Below are positions 54,713 through 64,000 of a stretch of 64,000 nucleotides of DNA, in pieces. Below the pieces are notes generated by a model. It was not told the origin of the DNA, did not search any database, and was given only the letters and a program-made list of their open reading frames with translations. The translations under genes were made by a program, and so were the position numbers. Position 1 is the first letter of the stretch, and the number at the start of each line of letters is the position of its first letter. The stretch is from IMG/VR virus record IMGVR_UViG_3300026521_000003, positions 186,001 through 250,000 of that record, one strand, 5' to 3'.

Positions 54713-56254
54713 ATGAGAAAAAATGCAATTCAAACTAAAGAAAATATACGAGAATGGGTAAAGAATCATTTAGATTCATTCCCTTTTAAAATGAGTATTG
54801 AAGAATATGATAATTTAACGGATGGATTAAAATCATTAATTGAAAATAAATTGATTTCTATTCATAATAAGCAATACCCTAATAAAACAAAAGATTCATG
54901 GAGACATGACTATAAATTTACTAAAACAGAATTAAATAAACTTAAAATTCCAGACCCGTTTTTACCTCCAAGTAGTTTAAAACGTATTGAAAGTGGGTTG
55001 ATTAAAGCTAGACAAATAGCTGAAGATAATAAACCTATTAAGTGGGTTGATATTAATGAACGTTTAAAAAAGAATTTTAAAAAATGGGTAGATGAATACG
55101 CTGAAACATTTGATGAAGACTTTCTTGGAAGATATTTTGATGATTTACCTGAAGATATAAAATTAGAATGGATTACACTAATGGGTAAAAAGTTTGGTTT
55201 AAAAACTCCAGGAGCATTAAAAAAAGGTTTTATTTCAGCAAAAGATATGATTGACCAAGTCCAACATATGAGAATTCCTAATAATATTCATAATGCTATA
55301 TTAGATGTATTGCCGGAATCAGCATTTTTACAAACTACTAATAAATCTGATATGAAAAACTGGGATGCAAAAGAACAAGTTGCTTTTACGAAATCATTAT
55401 CTCAAGAAGAATTAAAAGCAGCACGAGAAAATAGAAAAATTGATAAAAAGCGAGTAAAACTACTAGCTAAAGCTAGAACTATTAAAAGTTTAGAATCTTA
55501 TCAAGAACTTCTTTCAGATCCTCTATTTGATAGAGATATGCTTGAAACGATTATTAAACGTATGGAGCGAAAAACAGCTTTTGATAATGGTTGGGGAGAT
55601 CAAAATAAAAAAGAAATTCTGAAATTGATTGTTACTCATCCTTTCTTATCATATGAAGATTTAAAAAGAATAGAAAAAGTAAAAGCCCCAAATTATTATG
55701 CAGGTTCACAAAAAGAGTATGTTTCAAAAGAATTAAATACTGCTCTAGCATCTAAAAAAGATTTACCTGAAAGTGATCTAATGAAGATGGTAAAAAAGCA
55801 GCAATTCGATATTAAAGTAATTGCATCTAAAAGAGATTTAAAAGAAGAAAATAGAGAAATCTTGATTACATATACTATAAAGCATCACTCACATATGCCA
55901 GCTCAATTAGAAGAAGTATTTTCTAATTTAAAGATTAAAAAAGATAAGTATAAAAAGGAAATTATAGAAGCATTATATTCAAAATATATAGAGAAAAATT
56001 GGTTAGCTAACGGAATCCGATTCTTAGAGGTTGTAGATAAATATAATTGGCTGTCTGAAATTGATGAAGAATTAAAATCAAAAATAGCAAGATCATTAGT
56101 TAAGAACTATAAAGATAATAGGATTAGTCAAGATAGATTAATAAAAATGCTAAACAAAATATCTGCAGGTGCGGATTATTTAATGAAACTATATGAAGAA
56201 ACTGGCGATGACGCTTTCTTACCAACTGATGTTAAAGACATTTTTATATTTTAG
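54713..56254 (+). CDS. Helical protein, DIFIF-tag family
   Basis: Ends LYEETGDDAFLPTDVKDIFIF*. Confidence 0.75.
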   Translation: MRKNAIQTKENIREWVKNHLDSFPFKMSIEEYDNLTDGLKSLIENKLISIHNKQYPNKTKDSWRHDYKFTKTELNKLKIPDPFLPPSSLKRIESGLIKARQIAEDNKPIKWVDINERLKKNFKKWVDEYAETFDEDFLGRYFDDLPEDIKLEWITLMGKKFGLKTPGALKKGFISAKDMIDQVQHMRIPNNIHNAILDVLPESAFLQTTNKSDMKNWDAKEQVAFTKSLSQEELKAARENRKIDKKRVKLLAKARTIKSLESYQELLSDPLFDRDMLETIIKRMERKTAFDNGWGDQNKKEILKLIVTHPFLSYEDLKRIEKVKAPNYYAGSQKEYVSKELNTALASKKDLPESDLMKMVKKQQFDIKVIASKRDLKEENREILITYTIKHHSHMPAQLEEVFSNLKIKKDKYKKEIIEALYSKYIEKNWLANGIRFLEVVDKYNWLSEIDEELKSKIARSLVKNYKDNRISQDRLIKMLNKISAGADYLMKLYEETGDDAFLPTDVKDIFIF

Positions 56255-56262
56255 GTGATATT

Positions 56263-56736
56263 GTGGAAAATGATTACAAAATTTTATTAAATGATATTAA
56301 ACAAAGTGCTAAGGGTAAAATGGTTTTTAATTCAAAAGAGATTGTGAGTCAAGAAATGTTAAGTCCTCAATTAGCAAGAATAGCTATTGATTTAGTTACA
56401 TCAAGAAGAGGAAATGAAATCTATGAACTTGCTCCAGCTGTAGCCGTAGAGATCAATGACCCAATGGTTAAAGATCATATTTTAGATGAAATTCTTAAAA
56501 ACTATTTAAATAGGCAATCGGCACCAACAGCAATTATTGAATTTCTTATTAAAAATGCTAATAAATTAGACATTGGTCTAATGGAAAAAATTTATGATAC
56601 ATCGGATGAAGATTTTAAACTTTTTTTAAGAAATATAGGACAAAAGTTTAGAGAAGATTTTAATATAAAAGTATATAATGAAACTGGCGACAAATCATAT
56701 TTGCCAGAAGAAGTAGCAAGTATATTTATTTTTTAA
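56263..56736 (+). CDS. DIFIF-tag family protein
   Basis: Ends VYNETGDKSYLPEEVASIFIF*. Confidence 0.75.
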   Translation: MENDYKILLNDIKQSAKGKMVFNSKEIVSQEMLSPQLARIAIDLVTSRRGNEIYELAPAVAVEINDPMVKDHILDEILKNYLNRQSAPTAIIEFLIKNANKLDIGLMEKIYDTSDEDFKLFLRNIGQKFREDFNIKVYNETGDKSYLPEEVASIFIF

Positions 56737-56746
56737 AGGATAAAAA

Positions 56747-57631
56747 ATGTTTGAAATAGATGAAATGGTATATAAATTAAGAAGTATTATTGATTATGAT
56801 ACAGCGATAAAATATTATAACGATGAAATAAAAATAAAGTTAAATCATGACTTTCAATATGCAGAATTATTACGCAAATATTTAGATAAAACAACAGCTT
56901 TAAAATATTGGCAAATTGGATTTGATATAGTATCTGATATAGATTCTGAATCACTTTGGTCTGATTTTGTATATCTATTAAATTCTAAATTAGCTTCTAA
57001 AAATAAAAATATCCCTTGGTTAGCATCAATGGTAAGTAATCTATCAAAAAAAATTAAAGTTGGGCATAATCTTGAAACATTAATTATGTTATTTATTAAT
57101 GTTAATTTGTTCCGATTTTATATAAAAGAAGTTCATCCAAAGTTAGACCAAGATGATTCCTATTGGGCAATATCTTCAGCAAGTAAAAATATGAATTTAA
57201 ATAATATCGATGAATTAGTTGAAATAGCAGATTATAAGCTTTTTGAACGTATTTTAAACAATGATAAGGTAATGCCTGAAAATAAATTAAGATTATTAGA
57301 GTTGTTTTTAAGAAAAACTCAATTTGGTGTTAAAAATTTTAGTAGTCTGGATTTTTTATTTTTGCTTGAAAATCATCGTCGATGGTTTAATAATGTAAAT
57401 GTTATGAATTCAACAACAGCAGCATATAGAAATTTATTACCTGATGAAAGTGTTGCAAAATTATTAACTGAAATTATAATGGATGGAGATTTTACAGATG
57501 AATCTAAATACTTATGGCTATCAAGTATGTATCAATATAAATTAAATGATACAATGGGAGTAGCATTGTATGGATTAACTCAAGATGTTAAATATCTAAC
57601 AGATGAAATTAAAGATATATTTGTATTTTAA
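56747..57631 (+). CDS. DIFIF-tag family protein
   Basis: Ends LYGLTQDVKYLTDEIKDIFVF*. Confidence 0.75.
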   Translation: MFEIDEMVYKLRSIIDYDTAIKYYNDEIKIKLNHDFQYAELLRKYLDKTTALKYWQIGFDIVSDIDSESLWSDFVYLLNSKLASKNKNIPWLASMVSNLSKKIKVGHNLETLIMLFINVNLFRFYIKEVHPKLDQDDSYWAISSASKNMNLNNIDELVEIADYKLFERILNNDKVMPENKLRLLELFLRKTQFGVKNFSSLDFLFLLENHRRWFNNVNVMNSTTAAYRNLLPDESVAKLLTEIIMDGDFTDESKYLWLSSMYQYKLNDTMGVALYGLTQDVKYLTDEIKDIFVF

Positions 57632-57642
57632 GGATGTAAATT

Positions 57643-58158
57643 ATGAGATATAAAATAAGTAGTAAATTATTGTCGGATATTGTATCTAGTTATCAAGAGA
57701 GTATGAGATTGAGTGTTGGTCCAGAAATTAAATTTGTAGATGCAGAAATTGAACATCTTACATGGGATGTACTTTTAGAAGAACCTATTTTTCTAATTAA
57801 TTATTATGGCTTTGATGAAGATATTTATGATTCTGATGGGTTTTTCTTTTGTCGGGATATTATTGGTTTTTCGATGGATGATGAAAGTGAAAATGAATTA
57901 GAACGTAGATTTGGTGTAGATAATGAAAAAGTTGAAAAACTATTTATTGAACTTTTTAAAGAATTTATATCAAATAATAGTTTACCAACTATGGACATTA
58001 TAGAAGAAATTTATTATTACAATTATAATTTAATTAAGATAATGAATGATATTGAATTTTTTAATAAGTTAGAAAATGAAGAAAAAGAGTACCTTTATAA
58101 AGTTACGAATGATACTTTATTTTTACCAAAAGACGTAACTGATATATTTGTATTTTAA
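57643..58158 (+). CDS. DIFIF-tag family protein
   Basis: Ends LYKVTNDTLFLPKDVTDIFVF*. Confidence 0.75.
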   Translation: MRYKISSKLLSDIVSSYQESMRLSVGPEIKFVDAEIEHLTWDVLLEEPIFLINYYGFDEDIYDSDGFFFCRDIIGFSMDDESENELERRFGVDNEKVEKLFIELFKEFISNNSLPTMDIIEEIYYYNYNLIKIMNDIEFFNKLENEEKEYLYKVTNDTLFLPKDVTDIFVF

Positions 58159-58172
58159 TAAGAGGCTTAAAA

Positions 58173-58988
58173 ATGACTAGAAGAAAACCAAGAAGTTTGC
58201 GAGGTAGAGTAGCAAAGAGAGGATTTAGAGAATTATCATATGATGATAAATTAGATTATATAAATAATTCACATCAAGCAGTAAGTGAATTTAGATCATA
58301 TCCTGAAGATTTTTATAATTTTCTTGATAAGATTGATTGGCATAATGTAGATTTTTGTAAAGCTTTACGGAGACCAAAGGAATTAAAACTTCTTTTAGAT
58401 CAAAAACTTTTAGACCAAAAGGCTATCGATATAATATTTTTAAATACTCATTTCTTCCCTATCTTTAAAAATCTAATTAAATTAACTAGTGAATCTAATA
58501 GTGTTATTACTAAACGTATGCTGGAATTTTTAAAGCGAGATTTTGAAAGTCAAGAACCAAAGCATAAGTTATTTAAAAAATTAGATAAAGAGGGAATAAT
58601 AGATTGGGATGTTTTGAATATGCATAGTTATTTCCAAAGTTATATGAGTTATATTTTTGGAAACTATGAGTCTTATACAGATTTCGCCAATTATTTGCTA
58701 GATTCGGATAAAATTAGTTTAAATGGTGAAACTGAACGTAGTATTTGGCATACGTTTGATATTGATTTAATGATTAAATTATTAAAAAAAGATAGAAAAA
58801 TAGCAACTACCCCAAATGTCTTTTTAGATAATGGGAATATTGATGAATTTTTTGATAAATGGCCTAAAGATAAAGTACAGGAATTTATAAAACTAGTTAA
58901 TGATAGACCGGAACTTCAAAACTGTATTATTGAAAATGCATACATATCATTATTACCAGAAGAAGTAGCAAATATATTTGTTTTTTAA
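58173..58988 (+). CDS. DIFIF-tag family protein
   Basis: Ends SLLPEEVANIFVF*. Confidence 0.75.
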   Translation: MTRRKPRSLRGRVAKRGFRELSYDDKLDYINNSHQAVSEFRSYPEDFYNFLDKIDWHNVDFCKALRRPKELKLLLDQKLLDQKAIDIIFLNTHFFPIFKNLIKLTSESNSVITKRMLEFLKRDFESQEPKHKLFKKLDKEGIIDWDVLNMHSYFQSYMSYIFGNYESYTDFANYLLDSDKISLNGETERSIWHTFDIDLMIKLLKKDRKIATTPNVFLDNGNIDEFFDKWPKDKVQEFIKLVNDRPELQNCIIENAYISLLPEEVANIFVF

Positions 58989-58998
58989 AGGATAAAAA

Positions 58999-59637
58999 AT
59001 GTTTAAATGGGATAATTCAAAAGATTATGATGCAAATGTATTTGATTATATAGTCTATTCTGATCCAGAGAAATTGGTACAAACTTTTTATAAAGATTTA
59101 TCTCTAAGAGTTGAGTTTGAAACATCGGATCCAAATAGACATATGCCAATGGTTATTAGTACTAATTCAATAATTGAAACTTTATTGCAAGAATTTCATG
59201 ATGTTTTCACAGAACAAGAATTAATAAAGATGGTTAAATTATTATTTAAATTAGATTATGAAGATAAGTATTTTATTATCCGTACTTTAAATAGAAATTT
59301 TTTGCATAATGAACTAACTATTGATAATTATATGCTTTGTCGTATTATTGAAAAAGTAACACCTAGTAAAAATATATTTACATCTGATATTGTTGATTTG
59401 ATGCATAGGAGTAAGCAATTTATTATACCTTATTTAACAGCATTTAAATATCGATTGTCCAATCATGATAAACATTTTCTTTATACTGAATTTACTGAAG
59501 ATTTTTCTGGTATGTTTGATAAAAAAATAACATACTGGATTATGGATAATATTGATGGTATTAGTAAAATGGTTATAGATTCTGGAGAAGAACTCATTTA
59601 TATACCAAAAGAAGTTAGAGAAATTTTTATTTTTTAA
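58999..59637 (+). CDS. DIFIF-tag family protein
   Basis: Ends SGEELIYIPKEVREIFIF*. Confidence 0.75.
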   Translation: MFKWDNSKDYDANVFDYIVYSDPEKLVQTFYKDLSLRVEFETSDPNRHMPMVISTNSIIETLLQEFHDVFTEQELIKMVKLLFKLDYEDKYFIIRTLNRNFLHNELTIDNYMLCRIIEKVTPSKNIFTSDIVDLMHRSKQFIIPYLTAFKYRLSNHDKHFLYTEFTEDFSGMFDKKITYWIMDNIDGISKMVIDSGEELIYIPKEVREIFIF

Positions 59638-59685
59638 GAGAAATTAAGGATATATTTAATATAATTAAAAATAAGAGGAATTAAA

Positions 59686-60393
59686 ATGAGAACGGAAATA
59701 GAAATACTTGCAGAAATTGAATCAGGTAAGATTACAATAACTGATGCATTAGAAGAAGTTCATGAAACCGGTGCATACTTACTAATACAAAAAATTGCTA
59801 ATATGGAATTGACTAAATCCGAAAGATTATTATTAATATCTCTTATACCACAAGTAGATGATGTCTTGAGTCTTAAAAATTTCTTTTTAACTTTAAAAAG
59901 TCATGATGAAATAAAATTATTTTTAGAAGAATGTAATAAATCAAATATTAGTACAAGTATATATTATGCTCTTATGATACGGAATGATATAGATAAAAAA
60001 ATCTACTTTCGTCCTATAATTGATGCCCTTGCGGGAAGAAGCCAAGAATTTGTGGGGTTGATAAAGAAACTGATAAAAAAAATAGATAATATTTTATTAT
60101 CTGATATTGAATATCTTTATAAAAATGCTGCAAGAAGGGATTTTGCTAATATTATCAACGAACATATATCAATTTTTTCAGAGGATATCATCAAGTACAT
60201 TTTTGGAATTGTAAAGGATATGGAAGATAAAAATCCTCCAGTTTCAAGACTATTACTTCATGCTTTAGATGTTCAAATTATGGACAATCCAAGAAAATAT
60301 AGTTTTGAAGATGAATTTAAAATGTATATGTATGAATTTACTGGAAATGATGAATACTTGCCAGACGATATAAAAACGATTTTTATATATTAA
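59686..60393 (+). CDS. DIFIF-tag family protein
   Basis: Ends MYEFTGNDEYLPDDIKTIFIY*; TTAAG-N11-TATAAT upstream. Confidence 0.75.
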   Translation: MRTEIEILAEIESGKITITDALEEVHETGAYLLIQKIANMELTKSERLLLISLIPQVDDVLSLKNFFLTLKSHDEIKLFLEECNKSNISTSIYYALMIRNDIDKKIYFRPIIDALAGRSQEFVGLIKKLIKKIDNILLSDIEYLYKNAARRDFANIINEHISIFSEDIIKYIFGIVKDMEDKNPPVSRLLLHALDVQIMDNPRKYSFEDEFKMYMYEFTGNDEYLPDDIKTIFIY

Positions 60394-60403
60394 AGGGGGT
60401 TTA

Positions 60404-61075
60404 GTGTTATCTAATAATAAAATTAAATTTTATAATGAAAACATACGTAAACCCCTAGAACTTCTTGGTTTTAACTCTATTCCAAGAGGTGAAACTTACA
60501 ATGAATTTTCTAAAGGTCGTAATTATAAATATAATGCGTTGATGCATATTTCTGTTCAAGTAGATTTTGAAAAATTATTATTTAAATATCGTCTTAGCTT
60601 TCCGTGGTATAGTAATTTTTCAACTATTCCAATTGCATATAAAATACTACTTTTACCTAAAAGAGAAATAGTTGTAGAATTATCAAAAGAGAATTATCAA
60701 CAAGAATTAGAAAATATTTTTTCCGAAATTGTGGACCAATTAGAAAAAAATAAAAAAGAATTTGATATTATGATTCGAGAAAAATTAAATGAAGTAGATG
60801 AAAATAGTATAGCTAAATTATTTACACCTATCAATACACCAATACTACTAAATTATTTAGATTTAGAATATACAGATTATATCAAAATTATTTTTAGTTT
60901 AAGAAAAAGATTAAAGAATTATACTGAAAAAATAACTATTCTTTTTATGCATAACATGTCTAAAAAGGGATTGAGACTTTCAACTTCTGATTTAGAATTA
61001 TTAGAAACTATTGAGTATAATAGTTCTATAAAATTTTCTCAACTTGAGGAACTTAAATCTATTTTTATATATTAA
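60404..61075 (+). CDS. DIFIF-tag family protein (degenerate tag)
   Basis: Ends QLEELKSIFIY*. Confidence 0.7.
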   Translation: MLSNNKIKFYNENIRKPLELLGFNSIPRGETYNEFSKGRNYKYNALMHISVQVDFEKLLFKYRLSFPWYSNFSTIPIAYKILLLPKREIVVELSKENYQQELENIFSEIVDQLEKNKKEFDIMIREKLNEVDENSIAKLFTPINTPILLNYLDLEYTDYIKIIFSLRKRLKNYTEKITILFMHNMSKKGLRLSTSDLELLETIEYNSSIKFSQLEELKSIFIY

Positions 61076-61084
61076 AGGTACATT

Positions 61085-62593
61085 ATGATACTAAAATCAA
61101 TGAAAGTTTATGATAAAAAATGTTTATTAGAAAATGATCAGTTAGAATCCAGTATTGTAGATAAACTGGCTAATGATAGATCAATCACTATTCGATATTG
61201 GGCTGTTTCTCATAAAAATATTAGTAGTCAGAGTTTATCTAGAGCATTGTTATCAAAAAAGAATTTTGATAGAGAACAGATTTTATCTTCAATTTTATAT
61301 AATAAAAAATTAGATTTTGAAACAAGATTAACATTCGTAGAAAAATATCTTCATAATATTGAAGTAGTACTAGATTTTTATGATATAGTTTATAATACCT
61401 CTTTAGAGGAACGAAATCAAATAATAGAAATCTTTGTTAATCGATTATTATTAAAGCAGACTTTAAAATATGAATATTTTAAATATATTCCAAGTTATAT
61501 AAATTTAGCGTTAGATGAATATTCTAAGATTTATGAAATATTTTTAAAGCGTGCACCATCAATTTTGTTAGTTACGCAAAATGGTTTTGAAAGGGACAAT
61601 CAAACATTTTCTAAAACTCAAATTAAGCAAATTTTTAAAGCTGTCGTGGATAATAATAAAAATTATGGATGTTTAGTATATGATTTAGGACCTACATATT
61701 TAAAATCAATCCCATCACATTTTTTAAATTATGTGATAAAGACAAAAAATATAACAAAAAAAGAAATTGAACTTTTTTTAATGAATGAAAATTTTAACGA
61801 AAAAATGATAATGAAAATCATTAATACTGTTGATTATGATGTACTACTAGAAATTGCTAGATCATCTATTTTAACAGAAGATATTGAACAACGGATTTAT
61901 AATAAAATAAAAACTCATGATATTGACAGTACTTTGTTCTATGCATTATTATCGAATCCAACTCATAATTTTGAAAGGTCATATGATTTTATGGTAATGC
62001 ATCATACTTATTTTACGATATCTTCAATTATGAAGTCTATTATAAGTTCAAATTACCCTGTTACATTAATTGATAAAGTCATTAATGAAATCAAAATAGT
62101 GCATCCTTTAACAGCACTAGGTTTATATATAGTAGAAAATAATACATCAGAAATATATTTAAATAAAATTTGGGATAAGTATTGGGATGGTCAAATCATT
62201 AGTTATACACCCAGATATAGAGCTTATAATAGGTTTGATAATAGTATAAAAGATACTTCATATATTATTCAGTTGATGATTACAGAATCATCACTAAGTT
62301 ATAAATTTGCGTATAAATATTATAAAGAGACTAATGAAGTTAGATATTGTAGGAATATATCGGAGTATAATTCTGATGAAATAGATAGTATATGGTCAAG
62401 TGTTAGAGACACTAATATTTTTGAATATTCTAAGAGTTATTATAATGATGCATATTATATTGAAGATGTAAAAGTTGCGTTATTAGAATATGCAAAAGAG
62501 AATAATTTATCAAAATATATAGTTGATGAATATCAGATGTTTAATAATACAAAATATATTGCTAAGGAAGCATTAGACTTATTTGAATTTTAG
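61085..62593 (+). CDS. LRV/HEAT-like repeat protein, DIFIF-tag family
   Basis: LANDRSITIRYWAVSHKN; ends NNTKYIAKEALDLFEF*. Confidence 0.7.
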   Translation: MILKSMKVYDKKCLLENDQLESSIVDKLANDRSITIRYWAVSHKNISSQSLSRALLSKKNFDREQILSSILYNKKLDFETRLTFVEKYLHNIEVVLDFYDIVYNTSLEERNQIIEIFVNRLLLKQTLKYEYFKYIPSYINLALDEYSKIYEIFLKRAPSILLVTQNGFERDNQTFSKTQIKQIFKAVVDNNKNYGCLVYDLGPTYLKSIPSHFLNYVIKTKNITKKEIELFLMNENFNEKMIMKIINTVDYDVLLEIARSSILTEDIEQRIYNKIKTHDIDSTLFYALLSNPTHNFERSYDFMVMHHTYFTISSIMKSIISSNYPVTLIDKVINEIKIVHPLTALGLYIVENNTSEIYLNKIWDKYWDGQIISYTPRYRAYNRFDNSIKDTSYIIQLMITESSLSYKFAYKYYKETNEVRYCRNISEYNSDEIDSIWSSVRDTNIFEYSKSYYNDAYYIEDVKVALLEYAKENNLSKYIVDEYQMFNNTKYIAKEALDLFEF

Positions 62594-62603
62594 TGAGGAT
62601 TAA

Positions 62604-62996
62604 ATGAAACTACATGAATTAAATGAAAAGGTTAAAATTGTTAATAAAAGTGATTTAGATATGTTTAGCAATTGGGATGCTAGATTTTGGATTGATATGG
62701 ACGATTATATAGACACAGTAAAAAAAGAAGGTGTAGAAACGGCAATTACACTTGTATCAAAAACAATCAAGAAAATAGGTGAAGAAAATTATATCACCTT
62801 AAAAAATCTTGCAGATAAAGAGAAATTTGGTGTACCAGAGTTTAATAAAGCGATAGATACCAAACATTTAAAAAGTATTGATGCTTCAAAAATAGTCATT
62901 CTTATGGATTTAGTTGATCGACGTGCTAAGATACGTAAAAGTAAATTGGAATCTGAACTTAAAAAGATTCAAAAACAAATTGATATGCTGGGGTAA
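62604..62996 (+). CDS. Hypothetical protein with MKLxELNE N-terminus
   Basis: GAGG SD; no C-terminal tag. Confidence 0.65.
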   Translation: MKLHELNEKVKIVNKSDLDMFSNWDARFWIDMDDYIDTVKKEGVETAITLVSKTIKKIGEENYITLKNLADKEKFGVPEFNKAIDTKHLKSIDASKIVILMDLVDRRAKIRKSKLESELKKIQKQIDMLG

Positions 62997-62999
62997 AAA

Positions 63000-63191
63000 A
63001 TGAAAATAAAAGATTTAAATGAAATGTTTTTAAGTGGTAATCTAGACGCTGCTCTGGATTGGGATGAAACTCCTTCAGATGTTAAGGATATGGATGGTAA
63101 TCCAAGTAAATTACCTATTCAAATACCTAAAAAATTTAAAGTAAAATATAAGAAAAAACGAAACAAAAAAAATGACACAAAAGCAGTATGA
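63000..63191 (+). CDS. Small protein with MKIxDLNE N-terminus and basic tail
   Basis: Follows 62604-62996 directly. Confidence 0.55.
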   Translation: MKIKDLNEMFLSGNLDAALDWDETPSDVKDMDGNPSKLPIQIPKKFKVKYKKKRNKKNDTKAV

Positions 63192-63840
63192 TCGAATAGT
63201 TGAACGTTCTAAAAGTTCAAGGTATTCTACAAGACAAAAAGTAGCAAAAGATCCGGATACACCTATTGAAATTGTAAACAATTTAATTCTTGATGATGAT
63301 TCTAGAGTTTCATTAGTTGCCGCATTAAATGGTAACATTGATGAGAGTACATTAGGACTTCTTTTAGAATCATACGATATATCTTCAAATATTTTTATTG
63401 AGATATATAAAAATAGAAATTTTAAAGAAAAATGGATCCCAAATTTTATCCGTATTTTGAAATCGCATAATATTTCTCCAATGTTTATAATTTATTCTAA
63501 TCGCTTTTTACAAAATATGGATGATTGGTTGAAAACTTTTGATGAAGTAATTAAAGTTCAAGAGGAAGTTGGTAGTTTAATTACTGTTTCTATCTCAAAT
63601 AAATTTTTTGTTGTATTTGTAAGAAAAGTAGGATATAATAAAAACATTTTTAAGTCTAAGGCTATATTAAAGATTTTAGATACGTTCGGCGAATTATTTC
63701 ATAATGTTTCTGGTGGTATATTTAGTGCTATATTAGAAAATATTGATGATGATGATCAGGAAGTAAGAAAAAAGATTTATGAAATTACTAATGATTCAAA
63801 ATACTTACCACAAATATTACAAGATGTATTTATATTCTAG
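63172..63840 (+). CDS. LRV-repeat protein, DIFIF-tag family
   Basis: RQKVAKDPDTPIEIVNNLILDDDSRVSLVAALN; ends IYEITNDSKYLPQILQDVFIF*. Confidence 0.75.
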   Translation: MTQKQYDRIVERSKSSRYSTRQKVAKDPDTPIEIVNNLILDDDSRVSLVAALNGNIDESTLGLLLESYDISSNIFIEIYKNRNFKEKWIPNFIRILKSHNISPMFIIYSNRFLQNMDDWLKTFDEVIKVQEEVGSLITVSISNKFFVVFVRKVGYNKNIFKSKAILKILDTFGELFHNVSGGIFSAILENIDDDDQEVRKKIYEITNDSKYLPQILQDVFIF

Positions 63841-63849
63841 GAATTAATT

Positions 63850-64000
63850 ATGAAAATAAATCAAAAAGCAAAACAAAAAGAGAGAACGAGACTATTAAAA
63901 TACATTAAAGATGATAATATTGATAGTGTAAAAGAGTTTTTATTGACCTATACTTATGATGACTTCGATAAGTTATTTAGGTATGCTTGTGAGAATGGTG
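63850..64000 (+). CDS. Partial ORF running off the window, possibly ankyrin-like
   Basis: MKINQKAKQKERTRLLKYIKDDNIDSVKEFLL...LFRYACENG; AGGA SD. Confidence 0.55.
   Translation, partial: MKINQKAKQKERTRLLKYIKDDNIDSVKEFLLTYTYDDFDKLFRYACENG

Noticed and set aside
31185-63338. ORFs 31185(-), 43711(-), 47672(-), 50233(+), 50893(-), 51115(-), 51933(-) and 63111(-)
   Set aside because: They overlap better-supported genes on the opposite strand, and no motifs were recognised.
1-64000. Stop-codon reassignment, tRNA/rRNA genes, introns or homing endonucleases
   Set aside because: ORFs tile the window under the standard code using all three stops. No sizeable structured intergenic gaps and no HNH, GIY-YIG or LAGLIDADG motifs were recognised.

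Overview
AT-rich, densely coding segment of a large T4-related (jumbo-type) tailed phage genome. The host is probably Campylobacterota; this is inferred from a FliM-like peptide, a PsiE-like gene and the low GC. Recognisable genes: the N-half of an NAD-dependent DNA ligase, baseplate gp25/gp53-like genes, a terminase large subunit C-half fused to an atypical split-intein C-fragment, a probable terminase small subunit, a gp41 helicase C-half fused to a gp41-1-like split-intein C-fragment, and a 17-kb minus-strand tail/structural block containing a triplicated two-gene module. Also present: an editing-less ThrRS, an Apyc1-like MBL hydrolase, Tpt1/KptA, CoaD, CYTH, RNase HII and a methylase-less Type IIG-like nuclease. 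The most striking unexplained structure is a system of shared terminal peptide tags. (i) 25 otherwise dissimilar small ORFs end exactly in x-P-E-x-x-x-stop, mostly (Y/F/H)PExx(I/V/L). (ii) 12 larger helical or repeat proteins, 11 of them in one array behind a T4-type late promoter, end in a ~20-aa motif with consensus Y..T.D..(Y/F)LP.(E/D)(V/I).DIF(I/V)F-stop. Several PE-tagged proteins carry short, isolated copies of hallmark motifs from other proteins: family-B DNA polymerase motifs A, B and C (one per ORF), the CheY-binding N-terminus of FliM, and a gp21 protease-like motif. This suggests a tagged library of peptide mimics or decoys. No tRNA, rRNA or CRISPR array was seen. All family calls come from motif recognition, not database searches.
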